A DNA stretch of 64,000 nucleotides. It comes from Candidatus Krumholzibacteriota bacterium (GTDB taxonomy: Bacteria; Krumholzibacteriota; Krumholzibacteriia; JAJRXK01). The notes under the pieces are model-generated. The model made no database searches. It saw only the letters and a program-made list of their open reading frames with translations, and was not told the origin of the DNA. The stretch is from positions 32,001-96,000 of the forward strand of contig CAVXTH010000005.1 of the NCBI GenBank assembly GCA_963764625.1, written 5' to 3'. Shown here piece after piece: positions 55,435-64,000 of this stretch (the stretch's first letter is position 1; each line of letters starts with the position of its first letter). The translations under genes and the position numbers were made by a program.

Positions 55435-56935
55435 CGGCTCCCTTCTCCTCGGTCACGATGGTTCCGACGGTCAGATTCTTCTCGATCAAGTAGGTCTTGC
55501 ACAGCCGAGAGAGGTCGTCGAGCGTCACCGTGTCGACTTCGCTGGGATAACTGAGGGCTCGCTCCCAGTCTCCCAGGATGACCTGCGCACTGCACAGAGT
55601 CCGCGCCATGCCGGTGTTGGACCGCACCTGGCGGATCCAATTGGCTTTCAGCCGCGTCTTGGCCCCCTCGAGTTCCTCGGCGGTGATTTCACCAGACTTC
55701 ACTTTCTCGATTTCCTTCAGAATGCTGCTCTCGCACTGTGCCGCGGTGTACCCCTTGGCCGGCACCGCGAAGGTCAAGAAGAGCCCGGGGTAGAGTTGAC
55801 CCGGGAACCCGGTGAAGGCGCCAACGCTCACCGCGGACTTCTCGTCCTTCACCAGCTCCTTGTACAGGCGGCTGCTGCGGCCGTTGGCCAACACTTCGGT
55901 CAGCACGTCGAAGGCCGCGTCATCGGGGCTCGAGGCGGCCGGCTTGTGGTAACCCATGATCAACAGCGGCTGGCCTGGATCCTCCAGGGTCACGGTGCGT
56001 TCGGCGATCTGCGGCGGCTCGACGGTGCGAACCGGCTCGGGAATCTTTTCCGCCTTCCACGGTCCGAAATACTTCTCCGCGAGCGACTTCACTTCCTTGG
56101 GATCGACGTCGCCTGCGAGACAGATGACGATATTGCCCGGCACGTAGTACTTCGCATGGAACTTGAGCGCGTCGTTGCGCGTGAAGGCCTCGAGATCGCT
56201 CATGTGCCCCACGGTGGGCTGGCCGTAGGGATGGGCTTTGTACGCAGTGGTGATGAATTCCTCGAGGAGACGGCCGAAGGAACTCGACTCGGTACGCATG
56301 CGCCGTTCTTCCTCCACCACGTCGCGCTCCTTGTAGAATTCGCGCAGAATCGGGTGGATGTAACGCTGCGATTCCAGGTAGGCCCACAACTCCAGCTTGT
56401 TGCTGGGAAGATTGTAGAAGTAGGTGGTCACGTCCGACTGGGTGCTGGCGTTCAGACCGGTGCCCCCAGCCTGCTCCACGATGCTTCCGAACTCGTTCTT
56501 CACCACGTACTGGTCGGCGGCATCCTCGGCCGCCTTCATCGCATCTTTGGCCTTTGCCACCTCTTCGTCGGAGGCCCCGCTCAGCTTGGTTTGCCACCAA
56601 GCCGCTTGGGCCTCGTCCACGGCGTCGAGCGCCTTCTTCTCTTTGGAGTAGTTGGTGGTGCCGATGATGTCGGTACCTTTGAACGCCATGTGCTCGAACA
56701 TGTGGGCCAGGCCGGTGATGCCGGGAACTTCGTTCACCGACCCCACTTTGCACATGGACACGTAACTGAACACGGGCGATTCGTGGCGTTGAACCACGAT
56801 GAATCGCAGGCCGTTATCCAGTGTGAAGGTGGAAATGTTCTTCTCGAGCTCGGCGGTGTCTTGGGCCAGGGCCGAGACAGCACCTTGCGCCAAAACCGTC
56901 AGCAAGAGAAGACAAGTCAGGAGTGCGCGTCGCAT
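55421..56935 (-). CDS. M16 family zinc peptidase, catalytic subunit
   Basis: Signal peptide, GLAHMFEHMAFKGT, LNAST, ERDVVEEERR. Confidence 0.94.
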   Translation of the reverse strand: MRRALLTCLLLLTVLAQGAVSALAQDTAELEKNISTFTLDNGLRFIVVQRHESPVFSYVSMCKVGSVNEVPGITGLAHMFEHMAFKGTDIIGTTNYSKEKKALDAVDEAQAAWWQTKLSGASDEEVAKAKDAMKAAEDAADQYVVKNEFGSIVEQAGGTGLNASTQSDVTTYFYNLPSNKLELWAYLESQRYIHPILREFYKERDVVEEERRMRTESSSFGRLLEEFITTAYKAHPYGQPTVGHMSDLEAFTRNDALKFHAKYYVPGNIVICLAGDVDPKEVKSLAEKYFGPWKAEKIPEPVRTVEPPQIAERTVTLEDPGQPLLIMGYHKPAASSPDDAAFDVLTEVLANGRSSRLYKELVKDEKSAVSVGAFTGFPGQLYPGLFLTFAVPAKGYTAAQCESSILKEIEKVKSGEITAEELEGAKTRLKANWIRQVRSNTGMARTLCSAQVILGDWERALSYPSEVDTVTLDDLSRLCKTYLIEKNLTVGTIVTEEKGADDAS

Positions 56936-57065
56936 CTGCCCTCCTCAGGGTTAAGAAGCCGGTGGGGACGAAAAAAGCGGAGACATGACCACAAGACAGG
57001 TCTCTGGTCGCGCCTACAGGCGAAGCAGGGTAACAACGATTCCGCTCGGGGGTCAAAGTCAACTT

Positions 57066-57668
57066 TCATGTTCGTTTGCCCGAGACGCAGGGAGAATCGG
57101 GGTCGTAGAAGCGCAAGCGCAACTCTTGGCCTTCACGCACCCCAATTCGGCGAGAGGTGGCCACGCGCCGCGGTGGCTCGTAGGGCCAGATCCCCAGCTC
57201 ATCTCGGGTGAGATCCAAACCGTTGTGGCGCAGGTCGAGGCCGAGGGCCTGGCACAGCTTGGCCGGGCCGTTCGCGATTTCCGCGCCCCGGCGCCCTCGG
57301 CGCGCGCCCATCAGCCCGGCTCCGAGCAAGACCTCGCCGGCACGCAGCAGAACCGCTCCCGCGACGCCCTTTCGTTCCGCGACCACGTTCGAGCAGTAGT
57401 GCATGCCGTAGGTGAAATACACGTAGAGGTGGCCGGGAGTTTCAAACATTTCGCGATTTCGCGCCGTCATCCCGCGATGAGCGTGGCTGGCCGGGTCGCG
57501 CCCATCACCCAGATAGGCCTCCACCTCGACCAACCGAAGCGCCAGGGTGAGACCGCCAACGCGCAGGACCAGCGCACATCCCAAGAGATCCGGGGCGAGA
57601 ATCTCGGCACCGCGGGCGAAGAACCGTCGTCCCAAGCGCCGGTAGGCGGGAAATTCTCCGCGCCCCAT
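57066..57668 (-). CDS. mpg: DNA-3-methyladenine glycosylase (AAG/Mpg type)
   Basis: VEVEAY, DPASH, YVYFTYGMHYC, AVLLRA, NGPAKLCQALG, RIGV. Confidence 0.93.
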   Translation of the reverse strand: MGRGEFPAYRRLGRRFFARGAEILAPDLLGCALVLRVGGLTLALRLVEVEAYLGDGRDPASHAHRGMTARNREMFETPGHLYVYFTYGMHYCSNVVAERKGVAGAVLLRAGEVLLGAGLMGARRGRRGAEIANGPAKLCQALGLDLRHNGLDLTRDELGIWPYEPPRRVATSRRIGVREGQELRLRFYDPDSPCVSGKRT

Positions 57669-58513
57669 CAGTTGATCACGTACTCCTTGCGCCCGAACAC
57701 CATCCCTCCGAGGAACGTGAACAGGGTCACGACCCCCAACAGGATGAGCAGCGAACCCCAAAGCGGCAGGCTGTATTCCACCGCGAGCAGATTCTTGACG
57801 AAGTCGGCCAGCGACGCCTGGACGTCCTGACGGCTGACGATGAGATTGCGCAGGTGCCATTCGAGGGTCCACATCTGCAGCCGGGTCGGAGCCACGCTCA
57901 CTGTGCTCTCCCAGGCGAAAATGTAGAGGATTCCCCAGATCAAGGGCTTCTTGAAGACGGTGCCCATGAAGGCAAAGATGGCCGTGTAGCAGAACACCGC
58001 CAAGAGAATCACCAGGAAGTAGTTGGTGTACACTTCGATGAACTCGAGGTTGATGGCCTGGGTGTTGCCCAGCACCATCAAGAGGAAACACACCGCAAGA
58101 GAAGCGACCAGCACCAGGGCCGAGACGCTCTGTACCGCCAACAAGCGGCCGGCATAGACCGCGCCTCGCGCGAGCGGACGGGTGAAGAGATAGGTGATGG
58201 TTCTCCCTTCCACCTCGTCGTGGATCGTGGGCACACCGAAGAAGAGGCTCACCAGGTAGACGAGCGCCTTGAGATAGACCAGTCCGCCGATGTTCGCGAA
58301 GAACTGCGTCGGCGAGATTTCCTTGGCGCCGTAAATACGCCAGATGATGGTGAGGACGAGAGGAAACACCACGGCCATTCCCAGGAACACGAGGCGCTTC
58401 CTGCGCACGAGCTCCTTGACGGCGGCGTTGTACACCAGACCAATCGTGCGCGACGGATCGAGAGTGGTCGGCGGGCTTTCGCCGTAAGTTGCTTCGAGCT
58501 CTCTTCCGTTCAC
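57668..58513 (-). CDS. ABC-2 type transporter permease
   Basis: DEVEGRTITYLFTRPL, about 6 TM helices. Confidence 0.88.
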   Translation of the reverse strand: MNGRELEATYGESPPTTLDPSRTIGLVYNAAVKELVRRKRLVFLGMAVVFPLVLTIIWRIYGAKEISPTQFFANIGGLVYLKALVYLVSLFFGVPTIHDEVEGRTITYLFTRPLARGAVYAGRLLAVQSVSALVLVASLAVCFLLMVLGNTQAINLEFIEVYTNYFLVILLAVFCYTAIFAFMGTVFKKPLIWGILYIFAWESTVSVAPTRLQMWTLEWHLRNLIVSRQDVQASLADFVKNLLAVEYSLPLWGSLLILLGVVTLFTFLGGMVFGRKEYVIN

Positions 58514-59478
58514 TTGCCGTCCTCCACCAGATACTCGAACAGGCTCTTGAGGTTGTCGTCGAGAGTGGTCCACGAGTGAATTCCCATCTCGCGCCGCAAC
58601 GCCACTTCGGGCAACCACCGGTAGAGTTCCCGGGGCAGATCGGATTCGAGAAGCAGCGTGGTCTCCGACATCACCCTCAGTCCCTGGACGTCTTTGAGAG
58701 CGATGGATTCACGCGCCAGATCGCGCGGCGCTTCGCAGTTCACTTCGATCCGGTGCGGATGCCGCTCGATCGCGTCGCGAATCTCGCCGATGTCCCCGTC
58801 CGCCAGGATTTGACCGCGATGAATGAGCAGAATTCGCGAGGTCATCGCCTCGACTTCGTGCAGAATGTGACTGCTCACCATGACCGTCTTTCCCTCGGCT
58901 CCGAGCTGCTCGATCAGGCCCATCGATTCTCGCCGGCTGACGGGATCCATGCCGTTGAACGGTTCGTCGAGGAAGAGGATCTGGGGATCGTGCGCGAGGG
59001 CTTGCGCGAGCTTGATTTTCTGGCGCATGCCCTTCGAATAGCCCTTCACCCGCCGGTCGGCCGCCTCGGTGAGGTGAGTGCGCTCTAGCGCCAGCGCCGC
59101 GCGCTCCCCGGCCTCCTGCTTGCTGAACCCCTGCAGACGGGTGAGATAGACCAGCATTTCCCGCCCGGTCATCGACTCGTAGAGGGCATCGGGCTCGGCC
59201 ACGAAGCCGATGATGCGGTAGAAGCCCCGGTGGTGCGCGAGGTCGTGGCCGTACACGCGAACCACCCCGGCGCTGGGCTTCAACTGACCCGCCAGCAGTT
59301 TGAAGAGGGTGCTCTTGCCCGCCCCGTTGAGCCCCAGCAAACCGGTGACCCCGGGTGTCACGTCCACCGTGAGATCGTTGACCCCGATGACCTGACCGTA
59401 CCAGCGCGACAGGTTCTGGGTCTGCAGCACGACGGGGGTGGTCGAGGGTGGGGACGAAGGCGGAGTGGTCTGGATCAA
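58510..59478 (-). CDS. ABC transporter ATP-binding protein
   Basis: GLNGAGKST, YSKGMRQ, LDEP, SSH; TTG start overlapping the upstream stop. Confidence 0.92.
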   Translation of the reverse strand: MIQTTPPSSPPSTTPVVLQTQNLSRWYGQVIGVNDLTVDVTPGVTGLLGLNGAGKSTLFKLLAGQLKPSAGVVRVYGHDLAHHRGFYRIIGFVAEPDALYESMTGREMLVYLTRLQGFSKQEAGERAALALERTHLTEAADRRVKGYSKGMRQKIKLAQALAHDPQILFLDEPFNGMDPVSRRESMGLIEQLGAEGKTVMVSSHILHEVEAMTSRILLIHRGQILADGDIGEIRDAIERHPHRIEVNCEAPRDLARESIALKDVQGLRVMSETTLLLESDLPRELYRWLPEVALRREMGIHSWTTLDDNLKSLFEYLVEDGK

Positions 59479-60332
59479 AGCACGACCTCCACCGGATGGA
59501 TGCGTCGGCGCAGAATCAGGTAGCAGCCAATCGCCACCGCCAAAAGCACGATGAGACTGAAAAGAGGGTGATAGCCGAGGGGGCGGTCCGCGCCGAAGAT
59601 CCAGGCGCCCACCTGCTTGAGATTCGCGTCGACGTTCAAGAGGCTCCAGAGGGACCAGCCGGTGAGCATCTTGAGGATCCGGGTGACGCCATCCACCACC
59701 AAGAGACCCCACAGGAGAACCCAACTCACGGCGATGATCGCGCTGCGCTGTGCGACGGAGGAGAGCATCAGGACCATGAGTCCGGCCGCGAGCGCCCACA
59801 ACGTGCAGTACACCACGGCCAACAGCGGAGCGGCCCACACCGTCGCGAAGTAGCCTTGCTGGACGCTCACCGCGATGGCAAACAACCAGAGCAGGAGCAC
59901 CGGGACCAAGCTGACCGCGAACACGAACGCGCTCACGATGCCCAGCTTGCCCAGGATGTAGTCGTTCGGGGTCAAGGGGCGTGAGAAGTAGATCTGGAGG
60001 GCGTGAAAGCGACGGTCCTTCGAGATGAGATCGGTTCCCGAGAGCAGAACGAACAGGATGACGAACACCGACTGGCCCTTCAGCGCCGAATAGAAGAAGC
60101 TGAGACCCGTCTTGAGCAGACCGGAGGATTGCAGCACGCTTCCCGCGCGCAAATCACCGTAGAGGACGACGCCGCGAATGAGGACGGCCGCCCACGCGAA
60201 GACCAGCAACAAGAGAGTGCGTCGCCGCTTGATCTCGGCGAGAAAACCACGGCGAAGAATCGGCCAGAAGCGCAGGGGGCGCGCCTGGATCTCCCCCTCC
60301 CATCGAGTGTATCCCTGCTCGTAAATCGGCAT
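59475..60332 (-). CDS. ABC-2 type transporter permease
   Basis: DRRFHALQIYFSRPL..DYILGK, about 6 TM helices. Confidence 0.88.
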   Translation of the reverse strand: MPIYEQGYTRWEGEIQARPLRFWPILRRGFLAEIKRRRTLLLLVFAWAAVLIRGVVLYGDLRAGSVLQSSGLLKTGLSFFYSALKGQSVFVILFVLLSGTDLISKDRRFHALQIYFSRPLTPNDYILGKLGIVSAFVFAVSLVPVLLLWLFAIAVSVQQGYFATVWAAPLLAVVYCTLWALAAGLMVLMLSSVAQRSAIIAVSWVLLWGLLVVDGVTRILKMLTGWSLWSLLNVDANLKQVGAWIFGADRPLGYHPLFSLIVLLAVAIGCYLILRRRIHPVEVVL

Positions 60333-61258
60333 CAGTCGATCGCCTCGAAGAATGTGTCTTCCACCGTGCGGCCCGCCGGCAACAGATGCCGGATCTCGAG
60401 TTCATCCCGCAGCGAGAGCGCCGCGTGAAAAATGGGCTCGGGTCCGTCCACGCCTTCTTTCAGACGCACCCGGATTCCGTTCTTGATGGGGCTGAAGTCG
60501 TGACCTTGTCCCCTCAGCGCCTCGCCGAGCGATTGCAGATCTCCCCGGCCGCGGACCTCGTAGAGCATGTGTTCGTGCAGTGAATCGCGGCTCACCGGCT
60601 CCTGGGACATGAGCCGGCCCTCCTTGAGGATGAGCACGCTGTCGCAAGTCTCCTGCACGTCGGGCAAGAGGTGGCTGCTCAGGACGACGGAAACCCCCTT
60701 GGTCTGGCTGATCTGCCGGATGAGAGCGAGCATGGTCTCCCGCCCCGGAGGGTCCATCCCGTTAGTGGGCTCGTCCAGAAAGATCAAGTCGGGGTCGTGG
60801 ACCAAGGCCTGCGCCAGCTTGAGTCGTTGCTTCATTCCCTGGCTGTAGGTCTCCAGATCGCGGTAGCGCGCCTCGCCCAGTCCCACGTAGTAAAGGACCT
60901 GATGCGCGCGCTGCATGGCATCCTTGGAACTCATGCCGGTAAGCTCACCGGCGTAGCCCGTCAGCTCGACCGCGTTCATGCCCGGCACCAGGCATTCGCT
61001 CTCCGGGACGAGCCCGATGCGCCGACGCAGGGTCAGAGGATCGACCGCGGGATCGATCCCCAGTACCTGGGCTTTTCCGGGCTCGAGGGGGAGGAGCCCC
61101 AGCAGTGTGCGCAGGAGGGTGGTCTTGCCCGAGCCGTTGGGGCCCAAAAGACCCACAGCGCCGCCCGTAAGCTCGAAATCGAGCCCGTGGAGCACCATTT
61201 TCTCGCCATAGGACTGGCTGAGAGCGGAGCAGCGGAGGATGGGGTCGATAGAGGACAC
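60332..61258 (-). CDS. ABC transporter ATP-binding protein
   Basis: GPNGSGKTT, YSQGMKQ, LDEPTNGMDP, SSH. Confidence 0.93.
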   Translation of the reverse strand: MSSIDPILRCSALSQSYGEKMVLHGLDFELTGGAVGLLGPNGSGKTTLLRTLLGLLPLEPGKAQVLGIDPAVDPLTLRRRIGLVPESECLVPGMNAVELTGYAGELTGMSSKDAMQRAHQVLYYVGLGEARYRDLETYSQGMKQRLKLAQALVHDPDLIFLDEPTNGMDPPGRETMLALIRQISQTKGVSVVLSSHLLPDVQETCDSVLILKEGRLMSQEPVSRDSLHEHMLYEVRGRGDLQSLGEALRGQGHDFSPIKNGIRVRLKEGVDGPEPIFHAALSLRDELEIRHLLPAGRTVEDTFFEAID

Positions 61259-61434
61259 GATTCGCCTCTGTACGCGCTTGGCTGGCGGGAAGTTGCGGAG
61301 ATTTGGGCTCGTGGCGACGGGGCTAGGGCCGCGCGCCGGACCGGACGAAACTAGCGCAGATCTCCCCCCCTGTCATCTGTTCGCGCGCGGACTCCTGGGC
61401 TCGGGAAGCGGGGAAACCAGAGGAATTGGCCCAC

Positions 61435-61464
61435 TTGTCCGCCCGGCATGCGCCGTGCTATAAT
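61435..61464 (+). promoter_or_regulatory. sigma70 promoter (extended -10)
   Basis: TTGTCC-N18-TATAAT with TG at -15/-14. Confidence 0.55.
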
Positions 61465-61591
61465 TTCACCAGTTCCTGACACCCTATCCCGTCCCGGGCG
61501 ATTCCACACCCGCGGCGGGTATTACTGCTCCTCGTGGGATGAAACCGGCCTCCCTGAGACCAGGCTTCGTCTCCTGAAAAGGAATCAGTCC

Positions 61592-62383
61592 ATGGATCAC
61601 CGCGGTCGCGGTTTCGCTCGTCTCCTTCCTTTTTTCCTGTTGGCTCTCTTCGCCGTGCCCGCGCACGCGGTGTTCGATGTGCCCTGGGGGACTTCCTGGG
61701 ATGGCATCGCGCTGCAGGACGTCATCGACAACTATCTCAGCTCACAGTTCCCCGCGACCTACTCGCCGGGTGACGTGGACGCACTCACCATGTACGAGGG
61801 GTATCTGGCAGGTGACGCCGACCTGAGCCCCACTCCCTACTGGGAGGATTCGGACTTCACCAATCTCATCGTCAAGGAGCTCGCCGGCTACCAGTGGAAC
61901 AACACGATGGGCTGGTACGAGATCGGCTATCCGGACATCGACGGCTTCAACGATGGCGTGATCTTCACCGGCGACGAGGGGCCGGGAAACACGCAGACCG
62001 TCAGCTTCAGTTCGCCCACCCGTTTCGGCTTTTGGCTGAATCCCAATGGTGATCAGGACGCTCAGGGCGCTCCGGAACCCGAGAAGTTCTATACCGATCG
62101 CACTCTGAACGACCCGGGACCGGATGGAAGCGGCACCCTCCATGGCCCTCAGGGGGGAGACCCCCAGTGCCTCATCTACAACGTGTCCTATCTCTACGGA
62201 CGGCCGGCTTACATTCTGGCCTGGGAGGATCTGGACTCGGGACTCGAGATCAACGCGAGCCCCGAACCCAACTACACCGACAACGACTACAACGATCTCG
62301 TGGTGTTGATCCTGGCCTCGTCACCGGTACCCACGCAGTCCCAGTCGTGGGGACGCGTGAAGTCTCTGTTCAACCAGAAGTAG
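61592..62383 (+). CDS. Secreted acidic protein (DUF4114-like) with C-terminal SWGxxK sorting-like motif
   Basis: Signal peptide ending AHA; WEDL...DNDYNDLVV; ends PVPTQSQSWGRVKSLFNQK. Confidence 0.8.
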   Translation: MDHRGRGFARLLPFFLLALFAVPAHAVFDVPWGTSWDGIALQDVIDNYLSSQFPATYSPGDVDALTMYEGYLAGDADLSPTPYWEDSDFTNLIVKELAGYQWNNTMGWYEIGYPDIDGFNDGVIFTGDEGPGNTQTVSFSSPTRFGFWLNPNGDQDAQGAPEPEKFYTDRTLNDPGPDGSGTLHGPQGGDPQCLIYNVSYLYGRPAYILAWEDLDSGLEINASPEPNYTDNDYNDLVVLILASSPVPTQSQSWGRVKSLFNQK

Positions 62384-62416
62384 AGCCCCGCGCTCCGGGC
62401 CCGTCCCCACCGCGGA

Positions 62417-64000
62417 TCAGTGAAGATCCGCGGTGGTAGACTCGGTCTTCGCACTCTCAGCCAGCTTGCGGGTCTTGTATTCCTCCGCCAGACGGAAGAG
62501 GTCCTGCTTGTCCTTCGCCTGGGCCAGGATCTTCACCGCTTCCCACAACTGCCCGTCATCCTTGATGGAAACGTGATAGGCCGCCTCCGAGCCGTTGAAG
62601 TGCCGCTGCAGTTCGCGCAGGATCCCGCTCTTCACGTACCCCAGATTGTCATTCATGAGCTTCTTGTCCCAGCTCAAATCGAATTCCTTGAGGTACTTCT
62701 TGAGATTCTCGCGTTTGGCGGCCATGGCGTAGAACCCGTCGAGGAGCTTGGGAGTCACTTCGAAGTTCGCCGGTAGACTCTTGTGGTCGACGGCGTACTC
62801 GGTGGCGAAAGTGAAGAAAATGCCGTCCCGCTCCAAGCAGACCTCGGCGTCGTTGAGCAGGGTGGGTTCGATCTTCACGTCGGGGGTGATTCCTCCGCCC
62901 CCGTAGACCTGCCGGCCCATGTCGGTGAAGTAGACCTCACCTGAGGGGTGCTCCACTTCCGGATTCTGCCCGCTCAAAGAGTCGGTCTGGCTGGCGTCCT
63001 CCAGGGAATCGGCGTCCGCCTTGGCTTGGGCGTCGACGAGCTCGCCGTCGCGAGTCCGCTTACGATGAATCGAACGGCCGCTGGGAGTGTAGTAGCGGGC
63101 GGTGGTCAGCTTGAGGGCCTTGTCGGGAGGCAAATCGAAGACGGTCTGGACCGAGCCCTTCCCGAAGGTGTTCTGCCCCGCGATCAGGCCCACGTCGTGG
63201 TCTTGCATGGCGCCGGAGAAGATTTCACTGGCGCTGGCCGACGAACCGTTGACGAGCAGCAAGAGGGGGGTCTTGCTCCAATCGACTTCGTCCTCATCGG
63301 TGGCGTAGTAGCTCAGGTTGTTCCGCATGTAGCGGCCCTTGGTATAGACGATGAGCTCGCCCTGCTTGAGGAAGAGCCCACTCACGTCTTTTGCCGCGGT
63401 CAAGAGACCGCCGGGATTGAAGCGTAAATCGATGAGCAGGCGCTTCATCCCCTGCTTTTCCAGCTTCTCCACCGCGGTGCGCAACTCGTCGGCGGTGGTG
63501 CGCGCGAAGTTGGTGATGCGGACGTATCCCACCTTGGCGTCGTCATCGATCATGAACACGTAGGGAATGCTCTCGAGTTTGATGATGTCGCGCGTAATGG
63601 TGTAATGCCGGGTCGTGTCTTCGCCGGCCCTGCGGATTCCGATCGTCACCTGAGTGCCCTTGGGCCCTCGCAGTTTGTCCACGGCATCGTTGGTCTTCCA
63701 GCCCTTGGTGCTCTCGCCCTCGATCTCGACGATCTGATCGCCGCCCTGAATGCCCATGAGATAGGCAGGCGTGCCCTCGATCGGTGACACCACCGTGATC
63801 CATCCGTCGCGCAGGGTGATCTGAATCCCCAGCCCGCCGAATTCACCCTGGGTGCTCGTCATCAGGTCGTCGTAGGACTCGGGAGTCAACAGCTGGCTGT
63901 GCGCGTCCAGCTTGTCGAGCATGCCGTCGATCGCCGAGTTGATGAGATCCTCCGGATCGAGCTCATCCACGTAGTTGCGGGTGATTCGCTCGTAGACACG
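62417..64000 (-). CDS. ctpA: S41 C-terminal processing protease (5' end outside window)
   Basis: PDZ FGGLGI, DLRFNPGG, SASASEI, FGKGSVQ, TARYYTPSGRSI, GGGITPD. Confidence 0.94.
   Translation of the reverse strand, partial: RVYERITRNYVDELDPEDLINSAIDGMLDKLDAHSQLLTPESYDDLMTSTQGEFGGLGIQITLRDGWITVVSPIEGTPAYLMGIQGGDQIVEIEGESTKGWKTNDAVDKLRGPKGTQVTIGIRRAGEDTTRHYTITRDIIKLESIPYVFMIDDDAKVGYVRITNFARTTADELRTAVEKLEKQGMKRLLIDLRFNPGGLLTAAKDVSGLFLKQGELIVYTKGRYMRNNLSYYATDEDEVDWSKTPLLLLVNGSSASASEIFSGAMQDHDVGLIAGQNTFGKGSVQTVFDLPPDKALKLTTARYYTPSGRSIHRKRTRDGELVDAQAKADADSLEDASQTDSLSGQNPEVEHPSGEVYFTDMGRQVYGGGGITPDVKIEPTLLNDAEVCLERDGIFFTFATEYAVDHKSLPANFEVTPKLLDGFYAMAAKRENLKKYLKEFDLSWDKKLMNDNLGYVKSGILRELQRHFNGSEAAYHVSIKDDGQLWEAVKILAQAKDKQDLFRLAEEYKTRKLAESAKTESTTADLH

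Overview
GC-rich bacterial chromosome segment, probably from an FCB-related candidate phylum such as Krumholzibacteriota, Eisenbacteria or Latescibacterota (inferred from a PNPFNP/FlgD-Ig tail, a C-terminal SWGRVKSLF motif and porX-tsaE synteny). Most of it is core or accessory metabolism: hcrCAB-like Mo-enzyme, M1 peptidase, feoAB, alr, tandem-domain Fur, prkA-yeaH-spoVR, a 1440-aa TPR/sigma54 activator, cbs plus cystathionine lyase, HU, lptD-ROK-folC-accD-rimI-tsaB-tsaE-porX-HK-serS, pyrFE, an M16 pair, an ABC cassette and ctpA. I saw no rRNA, tRNA, CRISPR array or mobile element. The main unexplained signal is non-coding. A ~710-nt, heavily base-paired minus-strand RNA candidate (7841->7132) has its own sigma70 promoter and paired 5'/3' ends. 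About 14 kb away, a ~170-nt sigma54-promoted sRNA candidate (21949->21775) starts with 22 nt fully complementary (one G.U) to the 5' hairpin of the large RNA, next to a sigma54 activator gene. Also present: a UGA-recoded (PCG-U) tetraheme selenoprotein missed by the ORF track, a third sRNA candidate at 53.1 kb, and two single-base frameshifts. All structures were read by eye; no folding or database search was run.
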